The notes beneath the pieces are model-generated. The model worked only from the letters and a program-made list of their open reading frames with translations. It did no database searches and was not told the DNA's origin. The position numbers were made by a program, and so were the translations under genes. Of a stretch of 21,037 bases of DNA, positions 1 to 9,608 are shown piece after piece. The stretch's first letter is position 1; each line of letters starts with the position of its first letter. Where the stretch lies: positions 1 through 21,037 of the forward strand of contig NW_021823726.1 in NCBI RefSeq assembly GCF_006345805.1, written 5' to 3'. The DNA is from Octopus sinensis. Taxonomy: Eukaryota.

Positions 1-159
1 TGTTGTTAACAAAAAAAATGACTGCTGGACCTTTGAACAGCTGGTGTCATAGTTCTAACCAGACGAGTTTCTAGTGTTTGCTCCCCATCTCGTCTACCGT
101 CCTGCTGGCATTGAAAACAATTTCAACAATATCTTGGCTTCTTAAATAAACTATATCTA

Positions 160-745
160 ACTTTGGTTTGTTTTCTCTTTTGTTTTATTTTTAAGCTTTT
201 GATTTCGAATGTAATAGTCACTCTTTTTCTCCTTCCTCCCGATTCTTTATTTATTTACTTATTTATTTATTTACCTTGTTCGTTAAATCATCAATTCTTT
301 CCTTCTCTTATCTTTCTTCCATTTCCAAATCTTTGTTTTCTATATCATTAACCCTTTTCTTCATCTTTAAAACCGTCGCTTTTTTTCCTTAATTCATTTC
401 TTTTAAATATTTTATTGCTATTCTTCTTCTTTACTATTTTCATCCTTTTCTTCCATTCTACTTCTTTCTTCAGACTTCTTTCGTTTTCATCCTTCCCTCT
501 TTCCTATAAATTCTCCTTTCTTAATTTTATATTTTGGTTTGTATTTTCCATTTCTTCCTCATTCACTTCTTTCTTCTTTTCTATACTAGGTTTTCCCTTT
601 ATTTCTCTTCTCTTCATTCTCCACTGTTGTTATTTCCCCGTTCTCTTTTCCTGTTTTCTTTATTGTCGCTTCACACTTTACTTTCAGCTACCTTCTCTCT
701 TCAATCATCCTCTCTTTCGTCGTATTGTTCTTTCTGCCCCATCCC
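160..745. repeat. Long pyrimidine-rich low-complexity tract (degenerate TTC/TTTC/CTT)
   Basis: The + strand is overwhelmingly C/T over ~580 bp. The overlapping F/S/L-rich ORFs are compositional artefacts. Confidence 0.8.
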
Positions 746-1056
746 GTCCCCCTTTGCCCAACCCTAACGAAAATAAAAACTAAAACATTAACGGAACATC
801 TTTACTGAATGTTAGAAAAATACCAAATAACTCGTTTTTGTATATCAGATTTACAAATATACAGATGTGTGTGAGAGTGTATGTATGTTTGTGAATGTAT
901 GTGTATTTTTTTGTTGGGGTACATATATATATAATATATATATCTATACATATATATATACGTATGTATACAAATATAAGAATATGCACACACACACACA
1001 CACATACACACGCATACACGCATACTACATATATGTATGTATGTGTGTGTATGTAT

Positions 1057-1180
1057 ATAGCCTAGTGGTTAGGGTGTCGCAGTCGATCGTGATTTCAATT
1101 CCTAGAGCGGATGGTGAGCTATGTTCTTGAGCAAAGACTTCATTTTTACGTTGCTCTGAGATCATTTCGATACCTGGCGT
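1057..1180 (+). mobile_element. tRNA-derived SINE head, 3'-truncated (family C variant)
   Basis: A-box-like TAGCCTAGTGGTTAG and B-box-like GATTTCAATTCC, followed by TGTTCTTGAGCAAAGACTT...CGTTGCTC. Homologous to the reverse-strand copy at 7452-7590 and to 15433-15711. Confidence 0.8.
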
Positions 1181-1226
1181 ATATATGTATATATGTGTGT
1201 GTATGATAGTGTGTATATATACATAT

Positions 1227-1269
<43 letters not shown>

Positions 1270-1421
1270 ATGTATGTGTGGGTGTGGAGATAGATAGATA
1301 GATAGATATATATATATAATGTATGTATGTATGCATGTGTATATGTAAGTATACACTATATAGATAAATAATATATATATATATATGTATGTATTATGTA
1401 TGTATGTATGCATATATATAC

Positions 1422-1712
1422 ACCCCACGGCCTGGCTCCTTTTACAATAGCCTCGGGCCGACCAAAGCCATGTGAGTGGATTTGCTAGACGGAAACTGAA
1501 AGAAACCTGTCGTATACACATAAATATATGTATATGTATATATGGGGGGGAGGGTATTTGTTTCCCCACCATCGCTTGACAACCGATGTCGGTAGGTTTA
1601 CATCCTGTAACGTAACGGTTCGGCAAAAGAGACCGATAGAATAAGTACTAGGCTTACAAAGAAGACGGTATTCCAGCATGACTGCAGTCAAATGACTGAT
1701 ACAAGTAAAGAG
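1422..1712 (+). mobile_element. tRNA-derived SINE (family A), internally deleted head
   Basis: Shares AATAGCC.CGGGCCGACCAAAGCC.TGTGAGTGGATTTG..AGACGGAAACTGAAAGAA and the 3' half (GATAGAATAAGTACTAGGCTTACAAAGAA...CCAGCATG) with 4368-4745, 8345-8496 and 10347-10565. Confidence 0.88.
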
Positions 1713-1734
1713 AGATGATGGGGGCGAGAGAGTT

Positions 1735-1867
<133 letters not shown>

Positions 1868-1928
1868 CGAAGGCAAGTGGAGTACAAATAAACAAATGTA
1901 TTAGTATAGCGCTCGGGAATAGAAAAAG

Positions 1929-1966
1929 TCTTTTACGTTTCGAGCCTACGCTCTTCGACAGAAAGA
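1929..1966 (-). ncRNA. Minimal type-I hammerhead-ribozyme-like motif, Penelope-type, with core variant CUGUCGA
   Basis: Minus strand reads TCTTT-CTGTCGA-A-GAG-CGTAGG-CTC-GAAA-CG-TA-AAAGA. Stem I is TCTTT/AAAGA (5 bp), stem II is GAG/CTC, stem III is palindromic ACGT, and the putative site is GUA. One core position (A6) deviates from CUGANGA. Confidence 0.5.
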
Positions 1967-2211
1967 TACACAGAAAAAAACAAGGAGAGAAAAAAAGAGT
2001 GTAGGAGCTAACGATCTATCATGGCGTCCTGACTTCGGACAGTGGTCAGACGCGAGAGGGACAGTAGGGGAGATAACAGGGTCAAATGACTTCCAATACG
2101 AAGGTGCCCCCAACACAAAGGTGCGTGCGTGTATAAGAGAGTATGTATGTGCGTGTGAGAGAGGGCTGGTGGTCTGGACGTGTGTGTGTGTGTATGTATG
2201 TGTGGGTGTGG

Positions 2212-2219
2212 AGATAGAT

Positions 2220-2315
<96 letters not shown>

Positions 2316-2326
2316 CAGATAGATAG
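2212..2326. repeat. (GATA)n microsatellite
   Basis: Directly visible, with about two interruptions. Confidence 0.95.
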
Positions 2327-2443
2327 AAGTACAGATATAGAATATATATATTAATGCTTGTTTATATCAAGTTATATATAAAAGTAATTTAACAATAAAC
2401 TGAAGGATTACTCAATACTTTTTGTAAAGTGCATATTTATTAA

Positions 2444-2477
2444 GAGATGAAGGCGAGCAAGCCGAAACTTCGAAGTG
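2444..2477 (+). ncRNA. Degenerate hammerhead-like motif, probably inactive
   Basis: GAGATGA-A-GGC-GAGCAA-GCC-GAAA-CTTCGAAG-TG. Stem II is GGC/GCC and stem III is the palindrome ACTTCGAAGT. CU of the core is replaced by GA, position 17 is G, and no stem I is apparent. Confidence 0.3.
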
Positions 2478-2504
2478 ATTGTCCACCTTTTCCTTTTAAC
2501 AGTT

Positions 2505-2509
2505 TATAT

Positions 2510-2577
<68 letters not shown>
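2505..2577. repeat. (TA)n microsatellite
   Basis: Directly visible. Confidence 0.95.
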
Positions 2578-2583
<6 letters not shown>

Positions 2584-2660
2584 GGGTAATAAGAATCATA
2601 GAATTTTTTTTTCCAGTGGCCTAGCGCAAAAAAGTTTAGTCAATAGACTATATATATTCA

Positions 2661-3325
2661 TATAAAATATGGTGTACATTAAAACACATTAAGAGGTTTC
2701 CATCATAGGAAAGCCTTACGCTAGAAAAAACAGTTAAAAATTCAAACCCCTAATTAGGGATAAATTCTCGAAGGGAATGAAAAGTAAAAATATTTACCAT
2801 CTAATTTAATTCCTAGATCATGGTTTCTGACTTATTTCAGTAAAAAAAAGATTTACTGAGGCCATCATCTTCAATGGGTAACCTTAGATTTTAAATATAC
2901 ACACAACGCGATCGATTCCGCATGTAAACGCATTGTTTGTATATTCTAACTTTTCAAAACCACTGCGCAGTCGCAGTCTATTTTCGGCAACCTCGAACAA
3001 ATTTATCAAAAATCATTTAAACATAATAAATAATATTATGTGTGTATATTTATAATATACTATTATGTGTGTATTATAATAATATTATGTGCATTTATTA
3101 AAAATCTAATATATGATGAAGACGGCCTCAGTAAATCTTTTTTTACTGAAATAAGTCAGAAACCATGGTCTGGGAATTAAATTAGATGATAAATGTTTTT
3201 ACTTTTCATTCCCTTCGAGAATTTATCCCTAATTAGGGGTTTGAATTTTTAACTGTTCTTTCTAGCGCAAGGCTGTTCTATGATGGAAACCTCTGAATGT
3301 ATTTTAATGTATACGATATTTTATA
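2661..3325. mobile_element. Fold-back / long-TIR element: ~205-bp inverted arms (2661-2866 and 3119-3325) around an AT-rich spacer
   Basis: The arms are reverse complements with roughly a dozen differences by eye (~93-94% identity). Each contains the palindrome CCCTAATTAGGG and a TCAGTAAA...TTTACTGA hairpin. Confidence 0.75.
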
Positions 3326-3344
3326 TATATTAATTCGTCCTTAG

Positions 3345-3665
3345 TCGAAAGACACCTGTTGTTATGTCCTGTTATTTATATTTCTGTAACACTTCTGTTT
3401 TATTTTTTTCGTCCTTATTTCGTATACATTCGCTGCTTTCTTCCAAGGAATGTAATGCTCTTAGCTTATTTTTCCTTGGGGCTGGCCAGATTGGAGCAAT
3501 CTCGAGTATAACCAGCAAAGATAATCTGGAACTCGACTGAGGATAGAAAACTCCGAATGATCCGTCCTTGTTTTCCTCGTATCGTCTGTCTGAATATCTT
3601 GTTTTCCTTTTTTTGTTTCACCTAACTGTCTGAATGTTTTGCGTTCTTGTCCCATTTTTTGTATT
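3345..3665. repeat. T-rich interspersed-repeat-like segment with a central multi-stem hairpin
   Basis: Nested pairings ATT-GGAG (3490-3496)/CTCCGAAT (3551-3558), TCGAGT (3502-3507)/ACTCGA (3531-3536) and CCAG/CTGG. Composition resembles 6700-7100. Family not assignable. Confidence 0.4.
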
Positions 3666-3732
3666 TATATATACATATATATACGTACACGCACACTCAC
3701 ACGCAATACCACACACACACACATAGCACACA

Positions 3733-3734
<2 letters not shown>

Positions 3735-3817
<83 letters not shown>
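3735..3817. repeat. (TA)n then (TG)n microsatellite
   Basis: Directly visible. Confidence 0.95.
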
Positions 3818-3935
3818 ATAATAAAACGTCATTGATCGTGTAATTAGTTTTACTGTTTATCGGGAGCCACATTGAAAGTATTGTTATAAGTATAACTTAC
3901 TCCTCCTGTATGTGTGTATTTTTAGAAGAGAGAAC

Positions 3936-4139
3936 CATGTAATAATTGAAGTAGAAGAAAGATCAATATCATACGTGAACTTGTGTTTGTTTATGATCTA
4001 ACAATAATAAATGCGTTGTATGTTATTTTATTTATCTATACAGTAATGGCAATAATATAATATTTCTATATTAGAAAAACATGTAATAATTGAAATAGAA
4101 AAAAATATCATTTTTATACATGAGGTTCTGTTTGTTTAT
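3936..4139 (+). repeat. Diverged direct duplication of ~60 bp (3936-3994 and 4080-4139)
   Basis: CATGTAATAATTGAA(G/A)TAGAA...TGTTTGTTTAT occurs twice, ~144 bp apart. Confidence 0.7.
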
Positions 4140-4144
4140 TACAT

Positions 4145-4355
4145 GAAAATAGTTCAGCTGATTGATGTCTTGAATGCCTCGATCTCATATTTGTTGAAAG
4201 TTGAAGTGTTTTCACATGTTGCCATAATACAGGACATTTCCCATCATGGAATTGCAATTTTTAATGTCTCATAATGTTCGGTCAACAGCTTCAAATGGTA
4301 CATTCGACTCAGACAATTGACATCTTTGTATTAGTTCACCCATAACAGAATTTTT
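4145..4355 (-). mobile_element. Helitron Rep/Hel PIF1-type helicase fragment (decayed)
   Basis: Minus-strand translation gives SVMGELIQRCQL...PFEAVDRTL*DIKNCNSMMG and, in another frame, LWQHVKTLQLSTNMR. These match the Helitron helicase motifs FEAVDRTLRD and LWxxVxxLxLxxNMR. Contains a stop, a frameshift and internal deletions. Confidence 0.75.
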
Positions 4356-4367
4356 AGATATATATCA

Positions 4368-4745
4368 AACCACATGGCTCCAGGTTCAGTCCCACTGCAT
4401 ATCACCTTGGGAAAGTGTCTTCTACTATAGCCACGGGCCGACCAAAGCCTTGTGAGTGGATTTGGTAGACGGAAACTGAAAGAAGCCTGTCGTATATGTG
4501 TATGTGTGTGTATGCGTGTATGTGTGTTTGTATGTGTTTGTGTGTGTGTCTGTGTGTTTGTCCCCCCAACATCTTGACAATCGATGCTGGTGTGTTTACA
4601 TCCCCGTAACTTAGAGGTTCGGCAAAAGACACTGATAGAATAAGTACTAGGCTTACAAAGAACAAGTCCTGGTGTCGATTTGCTTGACTAAAGGTAGTGT
4701 TCCAGCATGGCCGCAGTCAAATGCCTGAAACAAGTAAAAGAATAA
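4368..4745 (+). mobile_element. tRNA-derived SINE (family A), near full length with an internal (TA/TG)n tract
   Basis: B-box-like GGTTCAGTCCC, then CACCTTGGGAAAGTGTCTTCTACTATAGCC, the shared body, an internal microsatellite at ~4493-4560 and the shared 3' half. Confidence 0.9.
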
Positions 4746-5213
4746 TGGACTTCGGTATGCATAGACGGTTGTGTGTATATAGGTATATGTATGAGTGTGC
4801 GTATAAGTATACGTATGTGCGTGTGTGTTTGTGTATGTATATGTGTTCGGACTTGACAATTTTTAGAAACCGTTATGTTAATTGCACTTTCCTAGAAATG
4901 CTATAGAACATGCATTATTTATTATTCAAAATTCCACTAACCAATCGACTTCAACTGATCAATATCGATCCGCATCAATTTCTTCTTAGGATTGACGAAT
5001 AATAGAAGTGTAAATGTATTTATGTGTGTATATATATTTATGTATATGTATATATGTGTGCATTTATGTGTGTGCACGTATGTATATGTCAACGTGAATA
5101 TGGATTAATATATCTGTATATACATACATCAATACATAGGTGTGCATATACGTATGTATGATGATGCACGTGATGGTTTGTGCTTAAGTGTAAATCTACG
5201 TAAATAAATGTGA

Positions 5214-5214
<1 letters not shown>

Positions 5215-5308
<94 letters not shown>
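5215..5308. repeat. Perfect (TG)47 microsatellite
   Basis: Uninterrupted TG array of 94 bp. Confidence 0.95.
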
Positions 5309-5309
<1 letters not shown>

Positions 5310-5918
5310 ACGTACAGATGAATGTATGAACGCGTGTAGAAATATATATGTGAAATTATGTTACATATATACAAACTTTCTCAACTTTATACACAACTTA
5401 CAAAGGTACTTTACCTCCTTACCTTATTTATGTTGTACTTTATTTATATTGTAATTTAATCTATAATCTGTATTTATAAATTCATTATTCTAAATCTATT
5501 TACCTAATCTATCCTATCTGCAAACCCCTCGCCCAAAGACTTATAAGTACAAACCATAAACAATATCAGTAAGTCTGCTGCGATGAATTTACAAACATAC
5601 ATCACATCCAGGGGTACACTTTTTCCCCTGAAGTGATTATGCTCAGAAATATGAATTTGATATTTAACTAACTTCACTGTGTATAATTGAAACAGCTGTA
5701 AGGGACAATGATCGATTTGTTGCTGATAATAAACTCTTATTAACTTCAGAATCTTCATTTTCTTTTTTCCTTTGCATGAATATAAACTACAGTTTATATA
5801 CACATCTATTTTTTTTTAAGGAAATCAGTTGCCCTTAAAATATTAGGTATTGAACCAGTATTTCCTTGGATGACACCATCCCTTTAAGAGGCTAACATAA
5901 TCTCTAACTCAATTCTAT

Positions 5919-5956
<38 letters not shown>

Positions 5957-5960
<4 letters not shown>

Positions 5961-7184
5961 TGAATGGAGACAAGAAGTGGAACGAACCGACAAATCGAAA
6001 CGAACTGACGCGGGGCGCTGTCAGACAATATGTGATAATTAAAAATATATGCATACATACAAACTATATGTACGTACCTACATCTACATGTATATATACA
6101 TGCATATATAAATAAATATACGTAAGTACAGGACGCCACAACAAGACGTAGAAATGGGAAAAACAAAAATTTAACGACAAGTACAGGACAGGCTACACAA
6201 GGAAAAATCCAAAAATATTTTTACAAGAAAACAAGTACAGGACAAGCTACACAAGGAAAAATCCACCGTCATCAGCTGTCGCTAGTTAACTCAGGCGTGT
6301 TTCGAAGGCAAGACAGGACACTCGTTAACTAGGCCTTCCTGCGAGAGAATTAAAATAAAATTCCAAGCTGCGGGGTAAAACATTATTGTCTGACAGCGCC
6401 CCGCGCCAGGTTCGTTTCGATTTGTCGGTTCGTTCCACTTCTTGTCCCCATTCAATTTTTATATAAATATTTAAGATGCGCAATTCTCTCCCTTTGCTTT
6501 ACCCTCTCCACTCTCGCTCCCTCTCACTCTTCCCCTTTTCTCTCTCTTAGCCGCGTGTCCCCCCTCCTTCCTTCTTTCTCACTCCCAGCTTAAAAACTTT
6601 CTCTCTTTCGCACGCTGCCTCTGCTACTGAAAAGTCTTGCTTCCCTACGCTGCCACACAACATCTTTCGTCTAGCCAAAAAAAGGCCTTTTTCGTCTGTT
6701 TGGTTTTTCTCATTTGTCCTCTTGTTTGTTTGATTTCCCGTATTGTATTCCCTTTTTATTTCTCGTCTTGTATTTTTTGTACATGTATTTTTATCTTGTA
6801 TTTTATTGTTACATCCTGTTTGTGTTCTTACCCGTTTTACCCCGCTGCTTGGAATTTTATTTTAATTCTCTCGCAGGAAGGCCTAGTTAACGAGTGTCCT
6901 GTCTTGCCTTCGAAACACGCCTGAGTTAACTAGCGACAGCTGATGACGGTGGATTTTTCCTTGTGTAGCATGTCCTGTACTTGTTTTCTTGTAAAAAATT
7001 TTTTGGATTTTTCCTTGTGTAGCCTGTCCTGTACTTGTCGTTAAATTTTTGTTTTTCCCATTTCTACGTCTTGTTGTGGCGTCCTGTACTTACGTATATT
7101 TATTTATATATGCATGTATATATACATGTAGATGTAGGTACGTACATATATGTTTGTATGTATGCATATATTTTTAATTATCAC

Positions 7185-7188
<4 letters not shown>
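5957..7188. mobile_element. Complex inverted duplication A-B-A'-C-B' involving an ~800-bp unit (6387-7185, TG...CA)
   Basis: A (5957-6030) is the reverse complement of A' (6384-6458), with ~3 differences. B (6028-6381) is the reverse complement of B' (6834-7188), with ~4 differences seen by eye. C (6459-6833) is single copy. Family unassigned. Confidence 0.85.

Positions 7189-7192
<4 letters not shown>

Positions 7193-7276
<84 letters not shown>
7193..7276. repeat. (TG)n microsatellite
   Basis: Directly visible, with one TGCG interruption. Confidence 0.95.
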
Positions 7277-7279
<3 letters not shown>

Positions 7280-7451
7280 GTGGACTCTCCCGTCGAAGAC
7301 GACATATTAGTTGTTGCCGATTGACCTGCACAAATAATTTGTTCATAGTGATCAAATGTTTGTGCCACACATTACCTTTCTCTCTCTCTCTCTCTCTTTC
7401 TCTCTTTCTCCATCAAATCGACGTTGTCGGAACAGGTGCACTGTGTACTAC

Positions 7452-7590
7452 ACGTCAGGTGTCAAAGTAATCGCAAAGCAACGTAAGATGAAGTGTTTTG
7501 CACAAGAACATAACGCTCCACCCACTCTAGGAATTGAAATCACGATCTAACGATCGCAACACCCTATCTGCTAGGCTATTCGCCCTCACC
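7452..7590 (-). mobile_element. tRNA-derived SINE head (family C variant)
   Basis: Reverse complement reads ...TAGCCTAGCAGATAGGGTGTTGCG...GATTTCAATTCCTAGAG...TGTTCTTGTGCAAAACACTTCATCTTACGTTGC, homologous to 1057-1180. Confidence 0.8.
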
Positions 7591-7760
7591 ATATGCATGT
7601 GTGTGCACGCGCGCGTGTATAGATATATATTACCGCATATATATAGTGGAATCACATGCATTCATACTCACATACATATATAAATATATATATACATACA
7701 TTCATATACACATACATACATACACACACAGTGTGTTTATCTTTTTTAATATTTCATATT

Positions 7761-7941
7761 AATGCGCCGTACAAAATATTTAGAGGCATTTCTTCCAACT
7801 TTACATTCTGAGTTCAAATTCCACCGGGGTCAACTTCGTCCCATCGGGTTCGATAAAATAAGTACCAGTTGAATACTGGGGTCAATGTAATCGACTTATT
7901 CCGTCCCCCGAAATTGTTGGTCTGTGCCAAAATTTGAAACC
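7761..7941 (+). mobile_element. tRNA-derived SINE (family B)
   Basis: B-box-like GAGTTCAAATTCC, then GATAAAATAAGTACCAGTTGAATACTGGGGTC.ATGTAATCGACT. Homologous to 11305-11517 (-) and 14736-14813. Confidence 0.85.
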
Positions 7942-8344
7942 AATATTTCGTATTTATCCCATATCTATACGTCTATAAACAGTCTGTTTCTATATGTTGT
8001 ACGTCATTATCATAAATGAATAGAACAACATAATCAAATAATTAATTTTATTGTATTCAAGTAAATGCTGTCATTTCTGATTAGGAAGATAGGAACAAAG
8101 AACAAAATGATACAGTTACAGGTAGTTTCTGAGATAATACAAATAGTTTTGAATGCACTCAATTCTTGTTCTTTTGCTAAGGAGAATCACACACACACAC
8201 ATAAACACGCAGATAGATAGAGAGAGAGAGAGAGGGGGAGGGAGATAGTGGGGAGAGACTGATTGATTGATTGATTAAGTAATTAGCAACAAAAACATTC
8301 TGACAAGTGGGAAAGGTTTCGCTGAAGTCGTACTGAAAACGTCA

Positions 8345-8496
8345 TTCAGTTTCAATTTCCGTCTGCCAAATCCACTCACAAGGCTTTGGTCAGCCCGAGG
8401 CTATAGTAGAAAACACTTGCCCAAGGTGCCACACAGTGAGACTGAACCCGGTAGCATGTGGTTGGGAAGCAAGCTTCTAAGCACACAGCCACGCCT
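8345..8496 (-). mobile_element. tRNA-derived SINE (family A), 5' half
   Basis: Minus strand has A-box-like TGGCTGTGTGCTTAG, B-box-like GGTTCAGTCTC, then GGCACCTTGGGCAAGTGTTTTCTACTATAGCCTCGGGCTGACCAAAGCC. Confidence 0.9.
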
Positions 8497-8946
8497 GGTG
8501 ATGGTTTTGTCGCTATCTTCTTTAACTTATTGCATCTAAGACTTTAATGTTTCTCATTAATTTCCTTTCAACTTTTCCACTTCCCACAGCAAGTTCAATA
8601 TACTCTTTATATTGATTTTACTATATCCACCGTCGCAGATCAACCCCATCCTCTTTGGGGTTATAGGCATTTATCTCACAAAAAAACAGCTCTGCGTGTA
8701 TTTTATTTTAATTGTACGCCTACATTTGTTTGCAATTCATTCCAGTTTAGACTATATGTATAAAACAAGACGAAGTAAAAGTTGTAGCACTGCATACAGT
8801 GAACGATCGCTTTAAAGCACGACAAAACTATCATGAAAGGTTAAGGCACAACAGCTGCATGTCAACGATGAACTAAGTCCAAATCGTATCAACGCATGGT
8901 ATTATATAGATATAGATCTACATTGGAACAAGGTTTGTAACATCGC

Positions 8947-9256
8947 CTATCTATCTATCCGCTCAGTCGAAGTCAACTCTCGGTTACTCGTTGGATCAGT
9001 GTCCTCCAGTCAGTTCTATCCTGGACCGCTTCTTTCCGATTGGCTATGTCCATTCCGGTATCACTCTTGATGGTGTCAAGCCAGCGGGTTCTTGGTCGGC
9101 CTCTTCCTCTCTTGCCACTGACTATTCTGAGCATGATGTCCTTCTCCAAGGATTTTCTCTGTATGATATGACCGAAAAATGCCAATCTATGCTTGGTGAT
9201 CCTAGCTTCTAGCGACATTTGCGGCCTGATCTGCTTAAGAACTTCTCCATTGGTGA
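8947..9256 (-). mobile_element. RTE-clade (BovB-like) LINE 3' end, 5'-truncated, with a (TAGA)n tail
   Basis: EVLKQIRPQMSLEARITKHRLAFFGHIIQRKSLEKDIMLRIVSGKRGRGRPRTRWLDTIK...AVQDRTDWRTLIQRVTES is the typical RTE ORF C-terminus. It is followed by CGACTGAGCGG and a (ATAG)3 tail. Confidence 0.92.
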
Positions 9257-9469
9257 GCCTAAGTAAATTAAATGCCATCCGAGGTTTAAACCGTATAACC
9301 CTCGCTAACTGCTACGCTAAGAAGACATCAGAACTTTCCAAGTCCTAATTAGAAGACTTATATACGATTACATCTCCTAACTGCTTAACAGGGATCTCGG
9401 TCCACATACATTCGAGGTATTATACATAACTCTAATGTAGAATACTTAATGTGTATGCATGTATATATA

Positions 9470-9472
<3 letters not shown>

Positions 9473-9500
<28 letters not shown>

Positions 9501-9545
9501 CTGTGTGTCTGTGTGTGTGTGTGTGTGTGTCTGTGTGTGTGTGTG
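9473..9545. repeat. (TG)n with TC interruptions
   Basis: Directly visible. Confidence 0.9.
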
Positions 9546-9561
9546 AATGCATGAGTGTATG

Positions 9562-9608
9562 TACGAGGGGGTACTGAAAAGTTCCTGGCTTTGGGCAAAA
9601 GAAAATAG
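9562..9608. mobile_element. Orphan mariner-type terminal inverted repeat
   Basis: TA followed by CGAGGGGGTACTGAAAAGTTCCTGGCTTT resembles mariner TIRs (CGAGGG...AAAAGTT). A related degenerate end lies at 18274. No partner TIR is found nearby. Confidence 0.6.

Noticed and set aside
1-160. Short open frames (MTAGPLNSWCHSSNQTSF* on +; SQDIVEIVFNASRTVDEMGSKH* on -)
   Set aside because: Too short, with no recognisable homology or convincing splice signals.
3114-3170. Hammerhead-like reading ATGATGA...GTCA-GAAA-CCATGG-TC in the right fold-back arm
   Set aside because: The core C is missing, stem II does not close properly, and the left arm does not preserve the motif.
3537-3565. CTGAGGA...GAAT hammerhead-like reading
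   Set aside because: GAAA is absent and stem II is inconsistent. The longer hairpin explains the sequence better.
5655-5770. Possible minus-strand terminal exon KKENEDSEVNKSLLSATNRSLSLTAVSIIHSEVS*
   Set aside because: Weak acceptor, no homology recognised and no upstream exon identified.
6905-6955. GAAAC...CTGATGA as a type-II hammerhead in B'
   Set aside because: The strands required for stems II and III do not pair.
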